From an uncultured Verrucomicrobiota bacterium (GTDB taxonomy: Bacteria; Verrucomicrobiota; Verrucomicrobiia; Limisphaerales; CAZZJO01), in the NCBI GenBank assembly GCA_964654645.1, contig CAZZJO010000034.1, positions 42,086 through 106,085 on the forward strand: a DNA stretch of 64,000 bases. Reading direction: 5' to 3'. Made by a program: the position numbers and the translations under genes. Below, in pieces: positions 9,329-18,139 of this stretch. Within the stretch, counting starts at the first letter, position 1; each line of letters begins with the position of its first letter. The notes beneath the pieces were generated by a model that ran no database searches, had not been told where the DNA came from, and was given only the letters and a program-made list of their open reading frames with translations.

Positions 9329-12300
9329 TTATTCGAATCGGTTGTTGAAATCGTGAGGGAATAAAGCTGTTCTAAGTGAACGGAATACTGTAGTGGTTGG
9401 TAATAAGTCGCGGTAGACCCGTCCTTGGCTAAAATCCCATCTTAGGTATACAGACCCACTAATGTCGCTGTGTGGCCATTCAATTTGGATTCTAGTGCCA
9501 AATTCTAACCTGGATTGTCCGTTCACCCATTTTTCGATAGCCACACCTGCGTACACATCATGTTCTATGTAATTGTTTTTTCTGTCTGAATCGGCGAAGA
9601 AATATTTTGCGGCATATCCAATTTCGGTTCGGGCAGGGTAGATTAACTGTTGCCAAGTTGTTCTGAAACCAATGTTATCTGGGCTAAGGTCCTCGTTACT
9701 GGTTAATCTGAATCCTGTTTTGAGGAAGGTGTCGATCCATGGTCGGTAGGAGTAATCCATATTTATTGCATAACCCCATTTGTGATCCGCCCGGTAGCGG
9801 GTAAACAAGTCATGATCTATGTAAGTGAATGGCTCTGCCTTAGAGGTATCCAAAGTTAACCAGCGACCAAAGACCGTTACATATGGATGGAGCACGCTTT
9901 TTCTAGTGAGGTTGTAAAGGGGACCGATTTGGAATGTCGAGTGGATGCTACCTTCCCAGCGGCTTTCATGGTTTTCAATATGGCCGGTGTAACCAGCAAG
10001 GGTTAACCGCCAAGGCAAGTTTATGGTGTTTGGTCTTTGCTCAATATCTTCGCGCAATCCAAAGGTTGTATGCCCGTTATAATGGAATCGGGCGATGCCT
10101 TCTGTGGCAAACCAGGTAGTTTGTGAGAAAGCCTGTTTGTTATAGGCAACCCTAAATTCCCCAAACTTGTTAGGAATCGATTCTTTCCCAGGTTCGAGTT
10201 CATATGGTTTGGTGCGTGCCAAAGACATTAGCACACTCCAAGTACCGTCTTCTTGTCCACCAAGGGGGTAGTAATCGTAGATGTTTGTTATAGCCCTGCT
10301 CTGCAGGACTGGAGTTGTAATAAGGGGTTCGGGTTTTGGTTCAGGGGTACGCATGTTGATCCCTCGTGTGGGGGGGAATGGTTCTGGAGCAATGTTTAGT
10401 ACAGAAATACGGCACCAATCTTCCGTATATCCCTGGCGGGGATAAACTGATATGGATTGTATGTTTTCCGCCTTGAGGACATATTCGTGCACGATCCCAT
10501 TTGTATCCAATCTATCGATCCGGATCAGACACGGTGATTGGCATGCAAAAGTAATTGGGTTTTCTAGCGTGGTGCGATAGAAAAACCATGTTTCAGCAAG
10601 GGAATCGAATGGGATTGAGGCAGGGGAATTGATTCTGTCCTTTTGCAAAGTGCTAGGTTTGATCCGTACCACTTGGTTGGCAATGGGATTTGTTATCCAC
10701 ACAGACACAACATGAAGGCCTGCTGGTAGTGTGGTGGACCATTCAAGGGGAGCAGTAGAATTGGTTATAGTGACATAATTGGTGGTATTGTTTAGCTTTA
10801 TTGCGATGCTTGTAGGATGAAAAGGCAGAAATCCCACAGAGAGTGGTTGGGCCTCGATCTTTAGCTCAGTTTCGTTTGTGATTGTTAGTGTGAGCGTGAA
10901 GATCCGGTTAGCTGTCAAATCGATCCACCCAGGTTGTTTCGGGGGTAAAAGGGCCATTCGCACACGCATACTTGGCTCAAGTGTGGCGTCCAACGGAAAC
11001 GGGATGGGTTTGATTGCTGAAGAATTGGGTTGGTCTGGTGGAATGGTCCAACGGCAGTTTTTTGTTAGCCTGCGGGAATCTGGGTATGCGCTGGCGTCAA
11101 AATTGGTCTGTAGGTAGAAAAGACCATAGGTTCGAGCAATAGGTTCTAAGTCGGGGTAAAACTCTGCTAATTCAAGCCAGAACCATAACTGTTTTGGAGA
11201 TTCAACCTGTGGGAGTAGTTTTACCGCTTCCTGTAGACGGTGTTGATTAATTAGCATGCAGACTTTTTCACTAATGGGCACATTTTGGGGTGGTAAATGA
11301 TCTGCCATGTCCCAAAGTCGCCACTTTTTTATGGCAAACCACTGTTCCTTGTGAGGGAGTTGTTTTAAGTCGTCTATCGTTAATGAGAATGGAGGATTGT
11401 TATTTGGCAATCGCAGTGCTAACCTTAATTGTACGGAAGATGGTAGTGAGTGCATTTTATCATTTAGCCATGTTTCGGGGGGCTTAAATGAAAAACTTTT
11501 GTGGGGAGATGTGATAATCTCCCGGCAAGATTCTGTGGGAACCAACCAAACCTGATTATCTGTTTTAATTTTTCTGGGTGGTTTTGAGTTGAGACTCAAG
11601 GGATTCTCAAGCAAACGGAAAAATTTTTCAGGATCTGGTGCTGGTAATATGCCTGTTTGTAGGGCTGGTTCAAATCGATAAACGCGAATAAGCATTGGCA
11701 AGGAATGAGGACGGATAATGATTTCGTGTAATCCAGGACCTGTCTCGAAGAACCGAACAGCTTTCTGCCCGACTAGTTCGTTAGTTTTTGATGTAAGTTG
11801 GAGGGTAGGTGTAGGTATACACGAGCTTATAGGGATCTTATTTGTGAGATCATATTCTGTAAGCTCAATCCAAGTATCGATGGGATCGGAAAGGGTGGGT
11901 GATAAAAGCGGTCTGATTTCCAGTTTTAATCGGGTGGGGCCAAGGCATTGAATAGTAATAGGAGCGTTTGATTCCGCGCGGAAAAAAGTGGTGTAAATGT
12001 TGCGTTCAGGATTATAGACGAGTTCACCTGCTGCAAAGGATTTGATTAGTTCTGGGGCATCGTACCACAACCATGGGCCAGGAGTATTCGCATACCAATC
12101 TTCCCAAGCTAATAGACCCTCAATTCGTTCGGCTAGGTTTGAGGAGCCGAGTGATTTGCGGATATTGAGGCCTTTTCTGAGGTGGTCTAGCAATTTTCTG
12201 CCGCTTTCACCTGATACTGATAGGTGTTGTTCAGCAGCGGCGAAGTCGTAAAATGTTAAGCTTTTGATCCCAAGCCAATAACTCTTTTCACTAGAGTTTT

Positions 12301-14770
12301 GAAGTTGGTGTACAAGAGAATCAAACAAAGACCACCAATTAAGCCGGGTTGCGGAAACTAACATTTCTGGGAGCGGTTGGCTTTCCGGTGGTAAAAGGAG
12401 TCCTACGGAAAGGAAGTATTCTTCCCGACCGTTTATATAAAACGCTTTTGCCAAGTCGCTCAATGTTTCGGTACTTGGGTTTTTCAAAAATAGTACACAT
12501 TGAAGTTGTTCTAGTTCATCGTAATCTTGAGTCGCAAGCGCGTTTGATTTAAGGATTTGAATTGCTATAGTTGGGACAGAATTCGAAGGTGTTATGAAAA
12601 TTGCGCTACGCGCGTATCGCATAGCTAAGTAATGTTCTTTAAGCTGGTTTAATAACTGCGTAATGCGTTCCATTGCCTCAACTTGGGATTGGCCAACCAA
12701 TAGGAGTGCATTCCACAATTTGAGTGCTTCAATTTGGTATCCGGTTTCCTCTAGGTATTGGGCTTTATGAATTAACTCGGACGCGTTGTCTGTTTGTTGG
12801 TTGGTATGGCTAGGCAGGTTTATCTCCAGGCTGTTTGTAAAGTTGCGCCAATGCGTTTCAATAAGTTTTCGAATGGGATGGAAATGCTGGGCAAGTAAAG
12901 CATTCACTTGGTTGGCGAAGGTTTGGGAATGATTTTGAGGTGTGAGGAGTTTGAGTTTGGATAAGTGGTCTAATTGCTTTAGTGTGTGCAACAGGGTAGT
13001 TTGATTGAGCTGGAGCGGTTTATCGGCTTTGTAGGCGATCGAGACGTAAACCGGTGGACGATCGCGGTCTTGCCAAACACGGATTTTCTTAACGTCTTTT
13101 GGGAGGGGTAGTTCTGTGTATGCAGCTTGGATCCAGTTCAGTGGCAAATCGAACTCTAAGCTAAACAGCGGGATTTGAGTTGGGAACTGGGTGAATTTGT
13201 ATTCGATGACTCGGCTTGTTCCAATGGGTAGTGATGGTTCGTAAAGTATACTTTTTGGGGGCGCGGGAGATACTGTGATTGGAATTGGAGGTTTATCTTC
13301 GAGCTGTACTGAAAAAGTAGTCTCATTAGTGCAGGCTATCGCAATCAGTAGCTTGGAATTGAATGCTCTGTCGGGCAATTCGTACAAGATACCATTAGTT
13401 GAATCTTGAGGCACCGGGAGAAATCGGCCGATAGTTATGTGCCCCTGGATTTGGCGGAAGGTAGGATTGACAATAGGCATGTATTCTTTGAATGGCTCCT
13501 GATGGATTATAGGGCGTACTAGATAGGCCATTTCAAGTGTTATAGCATTGGGTGAGTAGGTTGGTAGTATTTCTCTCCAGAACATGCGGAGATTTTCTGA
13601 TTTACTCGCTGTAAAACTTAGCCGGTTATGATTTGAGAATAGTTCAGAAAACCGCCATAGCAAATCGGCAGCGATAGCCCCGGAATCGAGACTTGTATTG
13701 TCCAATATGAGAGAGTGTGAGATTTTTTCGATCCCATACAGCTTAGACAATGTAAGAGGAGCGTGTTTTTCAAAATAGTTTTTAAATATCAGGGTAGCGT
13801 GAGAACCGTCCACGGGATTGGTATGTGATTGGCAGTCAATGAATGGCAAATTAAGTTTAGTGACCAACGCGGGCGGTATATCCAGTGCGTATCCTGCTAT
13901 TAAGATTGGCGTTGTTGTTTGAATCGCTATGGTGTGTTTGTTTGGTGGTATTTGGATGTAACCGAAGGCGGGGTAGCTCACTGGGATGTAGTTGGTTTGA
14001 GTTTTAGAGTATCTGCTTCGGTCGTAAGTAGCTATTATCGGTAGTACTTCGGATTGATTTCCGTCGAGGGAGATTCTTATAAGCTGCAATATATGTTGTT
14101 TCAGGGGTTCTGTGGTGGGCCAAATGCTATAAACTACCAATTCTACCCATGTAGGACCCTCAGTATTAAATTGTAATTCGTCCCCGGGGTTTAGGAGAAC
14201 AAAAGGGTGCAGCAATGGGGCGTAATCACGCGGGAGTGTAACTTTAGTCCCGCGCAAGGGGATTGGGGTCCGATAAAACGAAGGCAAGGCGATAGTTTCT
14301 TGCATGGAGACAAAAACACCGAGCTCGATTGAGGTAGTGAAGCGGGTGGGGCGTCTAATCCGGATGCACAATGGGGAAAGGTTAGAATTGTAAACTATTA
14401 GGTCTTTGGGGGAGGGGCGAAAGCATTGGCTTGGGACGAAAGCGCGACCATCAAAAGAAAATTCAATTTCCAGGTCTTCTACTAAGATTAAATCCGAGGC
14501 GGCCAATCTGAGGAATGAAGTAGGTGGAAGAAAAATCAAGCTGTATTCACCCGGGTGCAAAGTTATGATATGGTACCCCTTTTTAATAGAGAATGTAGGT
14601 TTTTGCCCCTCAATCCAGAGTGGTTTATCTTCGATATTGTACCAGCGGGTTTGGAGGAGGATTGTCTGGTGGCAGCCCCAAGTAATTGGATTCCAGCAAG
14701 TGACAACACCCTTGCAATAAGAGGTGAATGCAGCAAGTACAATTAATGCGACTCCGAAAATACGGATCAT
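9329..14770 (-). CDS. Giant (about 1813-1821 aa) secreted protein: beta-sandwich modules, TPR-like helical repeats and a C-terminal outer-membrane beta-barrel-like domain. Putative outer-membrane export component.
   Basis: The start at 14770 (MIRIFGVALIVLAAF, signal-like) forms an ATGA overlap with the stop of the upstream gene; the track start is 14794. Helical repeat region around aa 600-905. The last ~315 aa (nt ~9332-10282) are alternating amphipathic aromatic-rich strands (WRLTLAGYTGHIE, LHPYVTVFGRWLTL, WGYAINMDYSYRPW, IGFRTTWQQLIYP, TEIGYAAKYFFAD, SRLEFGTRIQIEW, SVYLRWDFS). Confidence 0.65.
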   Translation of the reverse strand: MIRIFGVALIVLAAFTSYCKGVVTCWNPITWGCHQTILLQTRWYNIEDKPLWIEGQKPTFSIKKGYHIITLHPGEYSLIFLPPTSFLRLAASDLILVEDLEIEFSFDGRAFVPSQCFRPSPKDLIVYNSNLSPLCIRIRRPTRFTTSIELGVFVSMQETIALPSFYRTPIPLRGTKVTLPRDYAPLLHPFVLLNPGDELQFNTEGPTWVELVVYSIWPTTEPLKQHILQLIRISLDGNQSEVLPIIATYDRSRYSKTQTNYIPVSYPAFGYIQIPPNKHTIAIQTTTPILIAGYALDIPPALVTKLNLPFIDCQSHTNPVDGSHATLIFKNYFEKHAPLTLSKLYGIEKISHSLILDNTSLDSGAIAADLLWRFSELFSNHNRLSFTASKSENLRMFWREILPTYSPNAITLEMAYLVRPIIHQEPFKEYMPIVNPTFRQIQGHITIGRFLPVPQDSTNGILYELPDRAFNSKLLIAIACTNETTFSVQLEDKPPIPITVSPAPPKSILYEPSLPIGTSRVIEYKFTQFPTQIPLFSLEFDLPLNWIQAAYTELPLPKDVKKIRVWQDRDRPPVYVSIAYKADKPLQLNQTTLLHTLKQLDHLSKLKLLTPQNHSQTFANQVNALLAQHFHPIRKLIETHWRNFTNSLEINLPSHTNQQTDNASELIHKAQYLEETGYQIEALKLWNALLLVGQSQVEAMERITQLLNQLKEHYLAMRYARSAIFITPSNSVPTIAIQILKSNALATQDYDELEQLQCVLFLKNPSTETLSDLAKAFYINGREEYFLSVGLLLPPESQPLPEMLVSATRLNWWSLFDSLVHQLQNSSEKSYWLGIKSLTFYDFAAAEQHLSVSGESGRKLLDHLRKGLNIRKSLGSSNLAERIEGLLAWEDWYANTPGPWLWYDAPELIKSFAAGELVYNPERNIYTTFFRAESNAPITIQCLGPTRLKLEIRPLLSPTLSDPIDTWIELTEYDLTNKIPISSCIPTPTLQLTSKTNELVGQKAVRFFETGPGLHEIIIRPHSLPMLIRVYRFEPALQTGILPAPDPEKFFRLLENPLSLNSKPPRKIKTDNQVWLVPTESCREIITSPHKSFSFKPPETWLNDKMHSLPSSVQLRLALRLPNNNPPFSLTIDDLKQLPHKEQWFAIKKWRLWDMADHLPPQNVPISEKVCMLINQHRLQEAVKLLPQVESPKQLWFWLELAEFYPDLEPIARTYGLFYLQTNFDASAYPDSRRLTKNCRWTIPPDQPNSSAIKPIPFPLDATLEPSMRVRMALLPPKQPGWIDLTANRIFTLTLTITNETELKIEAQPLSVGFLPFHPTSIAIKLNNTTNYVTITNSTAPLEWSTTLPAGLHVVSVWITNPIANQVVRIKPSTLQKDRINSPASIPFDSLAETWFFYRTTLENPITFACQSPCLIRIDRLDTNGIVHEYVLKAENIQSISVYPRQGYTEDWCRISVLNIAPEPFPPTRGINMRTPEPKPEPLITTPVLQSRAITNIYDYYPLGGQEDGTWSVLMSLARTKPYELEPGKESIPNKFGEFRVAYNKQAFSQTTWFATEGIARFHYNGHTTFGLREDIEQRPNTINLPWRLTLAGYTGHIENHESRWEGSIHSTFQIGPLYNLTRKSVLHPYVTVFGRWLTLDTSKAEPFTYIDHDLFTRYRADHKWGYAINMDYSYRPWIDTFLKTGFRLTSNEDLSPDNIGFRTTWQQLIYPARTEIGYAAKYFFADSDRKNNYIEHDVYAGVAIEKWVNGQSRLEFGTRIQIEWPHSDISGSVYLRWDFSQGRVYRDLLPTTTVFRSLRTALFPHDFNNRFE

Positions 14771-15642
14771 TGGTGAGACACAAAGGAAAACCATTCGGCC
14801 ATGAGCTGGCGTATGAGAGCGTTTGTGTACAACATTTCTCTGGCAGGCCTTGCTATTTCAGTATGAATGAAGCGGGCGTTTGGAAATTGGCGTAATGCAG
14901 CAGCTTGGGCATTGCGTGTTCCTCCGAGCACTGAAGTGTCGTAAGGGTATGCCGCTACAATAAACCCGGTGATATCGGAAAGTGCGTATGCATAGTTTGT
15001 GAGCCAATTTGGTGGCTTGTTGGTAGCGGCGCTAAGCACTACGTCTGCGTTTAATTCGGGGTAGTTACTGGGTGCGAAACCATGAATTTGTATCACCCTT
15101 CCTGTGGGACAGACATATGCAAATGATGTGGTGAAGGACTGGAAATAGGTACCGTCCATGTGCGCCATATCAGCGAGGGTTCGGGTGACAGTTGCTACTG
15201 CTAGAGCATGAGCGCTGCTGTTTGTGAAAAGATGCAATGCAATATATCCAGTGTAAAGGTCGTTTTTGGGATGCGGTGCTTGGATTGCTAAAGGCCAGTT
15301 GCTTGGTGTAGTGGGGCGGAAGAGATAAAACCCGCGACCTGCTTGGTTAGTTACAGGTTCGGTAACAAGCCAGTATGATTGTCCGCCGTATTGTACGGTT
15401 TGCAATTGAAATCCTAAGGCCCCCCATGCTGATTCTAGTTCTGAGGTCAGGTTTGTTATAGATAACATTTCGCAAAATAGCGCCGAGGCGGTTTCAAGCT
15501 CAGTAGTTGTAGGTGCATAATAGTTCGTATTATTGGATATCAGCTGGCGAAGTAGTTGATGGAGATCGACTTCTTCGGCCTGGCTGATGGCTGTTATGAC
15601 TACCGTCGTTGTAACTAGTAGTCTTAAGTTTAGTTTACGCAT
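14767..15642 (-). CDS. Secreted 291-aa protein. Tentatively a metal-dependent amidohydrolase of the PghP/DUF867 (poly-gamma-glutamate hydrolase) or N-formylglutamate-amidohydrolase-like fold.
   Basis: Signal peptide MRKLNLRLLVTTTVVITAISQA/EE. Motifs AIQAPHPKNDLYTG, VIQIHGF and FIHTEIARPAR resemble the PH(x)GGIExGT, hhhHGY and hQLEhs motifs I recall for PghP-type enzymes. It is a paralogue of a module found twice in the 1067-aa neighbour. Confidence 0.45.
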   Translation of the reverse strand: MRKLNLRLLVTTTVVITAISQAEEVDLHQLLRQLISNNTNYYAPTTTELETASALFCEMLSITNLTSELESAWGALGFQLQTVQYGGQSYWLVTEPVTNQAGRGFYLFRPTTPSNWPLAIQAPHPKNDLYTGYIALHLFTNSSAHALAVATVTRTLADMAHMDGTYFQSFTTSFAYVCPTGRVIQIHGFAPSNYPELNADVVLSAATNKPPNWLTNYAYALSDITGFIVAAYPYDTSVLGGTRNAQAAALRQFPNARFIHTEIARPAREMLYTNALIRQLMAEWFSFVSHQ

Positions 15643-15645
15643 GGC

Positions 15646-18138
15646 TTAATAGATGGTTTCGATGTCCGCAGAAATTTTTTCTGATTGTGGAAGTGTAATT
15701 CGCGAGAGGGATAACCAACGCGGTGATTCAGACACCGTGTGGATCTCGATTTCATATTCTCCTGCGGGGACATCTTCATTTACAGGGAACACGAAGGATA
15801 AGCCTTCGTCAAGGTAGATTGATTGGCCTATTATGTAGGAAAGTCCCTGGTTTAAGGTTGAGACCACAGTTATTTCGCGCTTGGGTAGTGAGACTTCGGT
15901 GAATGGTCCATATCCTTGGTATTTAAGCCCCTTAAAGCTTAATTTAAATGCACAGGGTGAGTTACTGGCAGTCGTTGGGGAAAAGATCCTAAGTACAATT
16001 AACTCTGGCTGTGAACTGGCTTTTGAGTACTTAAATTTAAGTGTATTGGTTTGCACTTTTAAGCAGTAGCGCAGAGTGTACAGTTCCAAATTCTCGCCTG
16101 TGGAATCAGGCGAGACGTAATTAACGAAAGCACGGAGCCCGGAAGGCGTACCCATAATAGCGAGTTTGTGTATCCCTGGAGATATCCGGGGCATTCGGAT
16201 GATAGCTGGCAGGTTAGGCAAAGGTTTGTTAAATATGATTTGCTCGTCTAAGATGACACTTACGGATCCCGTGTATGCACTGGTACCTAGCAGTACTAGT
16301 GTCGGTTGTATAGTTTCTTCCTGGGGCGGACTCATGAAGGTTAAGAGGCTGTTGGTAATGGTAAGGATTGGAACGAAGACAAATGGGAGGCTGTGAAGTC
16401 TGTTGGTGTCTCTAAGCTTCGCAGGGCAGAAAACTAGGTTCCCAGGCATGGTGGACTCCCTTAGAGTCAGGGATTCCCAGTCATACAATCCGCTTGCAAT
16501 CAACTGATTAAGCACGGGGGGCCTAGGTTGAATAGCGACGATCTGGGAGAGTCTTTGAAGGCGTCGTTCCAAGGAATCTATTGGTCTAATAGTGAACCAG
16601 GTGGGGTGTTCCGGTGAAAGGAGCCCCGGCAAGAATTCAGCGGGGAATAGTGACTTTTTGGGTAGTTCTCTAGGTCTCGAGTATGCGTTAACCAGCACGT
16701 TTGATGTGTTAGCTTTGATGCGTACCCCTGTGACGTTGGTGGGCAGAACAAAACATAGGGATTGGGGGTCTGTTACTTTTAAGATAGCAGCTTTTGTTGC
16801 AATGAAATCGTATTGTGACACAGGGTTGGTGATTGTGACAGTCCCTGTATTTATGACGTATCCGGTAGAGTCAAGAAGTTGATAGATAACCGAAGGGGTT
16901 GGGTGTGGTTTTTCATTAGTTTTTGGGGGTACCAGGGCGCGAAGGTCCGCTCTAAATAGGGTGGGGTTAAACCCATCGTGATGTATGGAGAACTCGATAG
17001 GTTTTTGCTCGGGGCAAGCGAAAGTTAGAATTCTAGGCTGAGTGGGTGCAATCATATTAGTTTCGTGATCCACACATTCAATTAGCTGCCAGTATGTTGG
17101 TGTTGAGGAACGGATTTCGATGAGTCCTAATTCCGTTGGGGCGGGTAATGTGAAGGTTTTGCCCGAGGATACATATTGGTTAGTTTGCGGGTCCCCTATC
17201 GGCCAAGGATACCACGTAACTGTATTTGTGACCAAGATCGAGGAGGGTACAGAAGCGTCTTTGATACCATATAGGAATCGGACTCGTACGTGATTTGTGA
17301 CTGGTAGCACAGCGACTGTGTTTGCGTCAGATAATACACCTGGGGGCAACCACTCCTCAAATGATTCCAACCCGGAAAGATCGTCGCGTATGTAGATAGT
17401 TACGCTTTTATAGTCTTTTTTTGGTATGCCTTTAGGGGCTACTCCGGCCCAGTGGAACCGCAGCAAGTTAGCTTTTTCGGTGGGTGAGATAAGTTCAATT
17501 GGGTGTACATTTCCACGGGCGAGCAATTGTTTTTGAGAGTAACTGAGCCTATTCCACAGATATGCAGCTTTACGTTCGGGGATTGGTTTACGGCCGTAAA
17601 GCCTTACTAAGACTTGTTTTACATCTGGATCAGCTTTAGAAAGCCGTATTCTAAGCAGTCTTGTATTCTTAAACTTTGGACTATCGAGATTGACAATCCA
17701 CAGGGTACTGCTCAAAGGTATCAAATCTGGTGCGAGGAGATAGTTGGCCGGAACGAAGATTCCGGAAGATCCTTCGATGAACCCGCGTGGTTCGGATTGG
17801 AAGTAATAAATCCCTTGTGCATTGGTATGGTTTTGGCTTGCCAACATTTGGTATTCAATGGAAAAAATCACCTGGATTGCTTTGTTGGAAAGCAGATCTG
17901 CGGTGACGATTGGATTGCAAATCAGCTTTAGTTGGTTTGCCTCTTTTGGGAGGTCGAATTCAAGCCAACGATTTGTTTGAAGGAAATACGCGGTGCTTGC
18001 GAGGGCTGGTTCAGTTCTAGGGATAGTAAATCGGTGGGCAACAATCCAGACACGGATTTGGGGAATAATTTTGAGTACGATCCAAATTACTGCAATGATT
18101 GCCAAGATTAGGAACCATTTGTTACGACGGATACGCAT
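15646..18138 (-). CDS. 830-aa membrane-anchored, predicted periplasmic beta-rich protein of unknown family. It shares modules with the 1821-aa protein.
   Basis: Single N-terminal TM helix (WFLILAIIAVIWIVLKII). No recognisable enzyme motifs. Recurrent strand motifs (LTFACPEQKPIEFSI; SPGIHKLAIMG; PAGEYEIEIH) are also present in the 1821-aa protein. There are 1-nt and 3-nt gaps to the flanking genes. Confidence 0.6.
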   Translation of the reverse strand: MRIRRNKWFLILAIIAVIWIVLKIIPQIRVWIVAHRFTIPRTEPALASTAYFLQTNRWLEFDLPKEANQLKLICNPIVTADLLSNKAIQVIFSIEYQMLASQNHTNAQGIYYFQSEPRGFIEGSSGIFVPANYLLAPDLIPLSSTLWIVNLDSPKFKNTRLLRIRLSKADPDVKQVLVRLYGRKPIPERKAAYLWNRLSYSQKQLLARGNVHPIELISPTEKANLLRFHWAGVAPKGIPKKDYKSVTIYIRDDLSGLESFEEWLPPGVLSDANTVAVLPVTNHVRVRFLYGIKDASVPSSILVTNTVTWYPWPIGDPQTNQYVSSGKTFTLPAPTELGLIEIRSSTPTYWQLIECVDHETNMIAPTQPRILTFACPEQKPIEFSIHHDGFNPTLFRADLRALVPPKTNEKPHPTPSVIYQLLDSTGYVINTGTVTITNPVSQYDFIATKAAILKVTDPQSLCFVLPTNVTGVRIKANTSNVLVNAYSRPRELPKKSLFPAEFLPGLLSPEHPTWFTIRPIDSLERRLQRLSQIVAIQPRPPVLNQLIASGLYDWESLTLRESTMPGNLVFCPAKLRDTNRLHSLPFVFVPILTITNSLLTFMSPPQEETIQPTLVLLGTSAYTGSVSVILDEQIIFNKPLPNLPAIIRMPRISPGIHKLAIMGTPSGLRAFVNYVSPDSTGENLELYTLRYCLKVQTNTLKFKYSKASSQPELIVLRIFSPTTASNSPCAFKLSFKGLKYQGYGPFTEVSLPKREITVVSTLNQGLSYIIGQSIYLDEGLSFVFPVNEDVPAGEYEIEIHTVSESPRWLSLSRITLPQSEKISADIETIY

Positions 18139-18139
18139 T

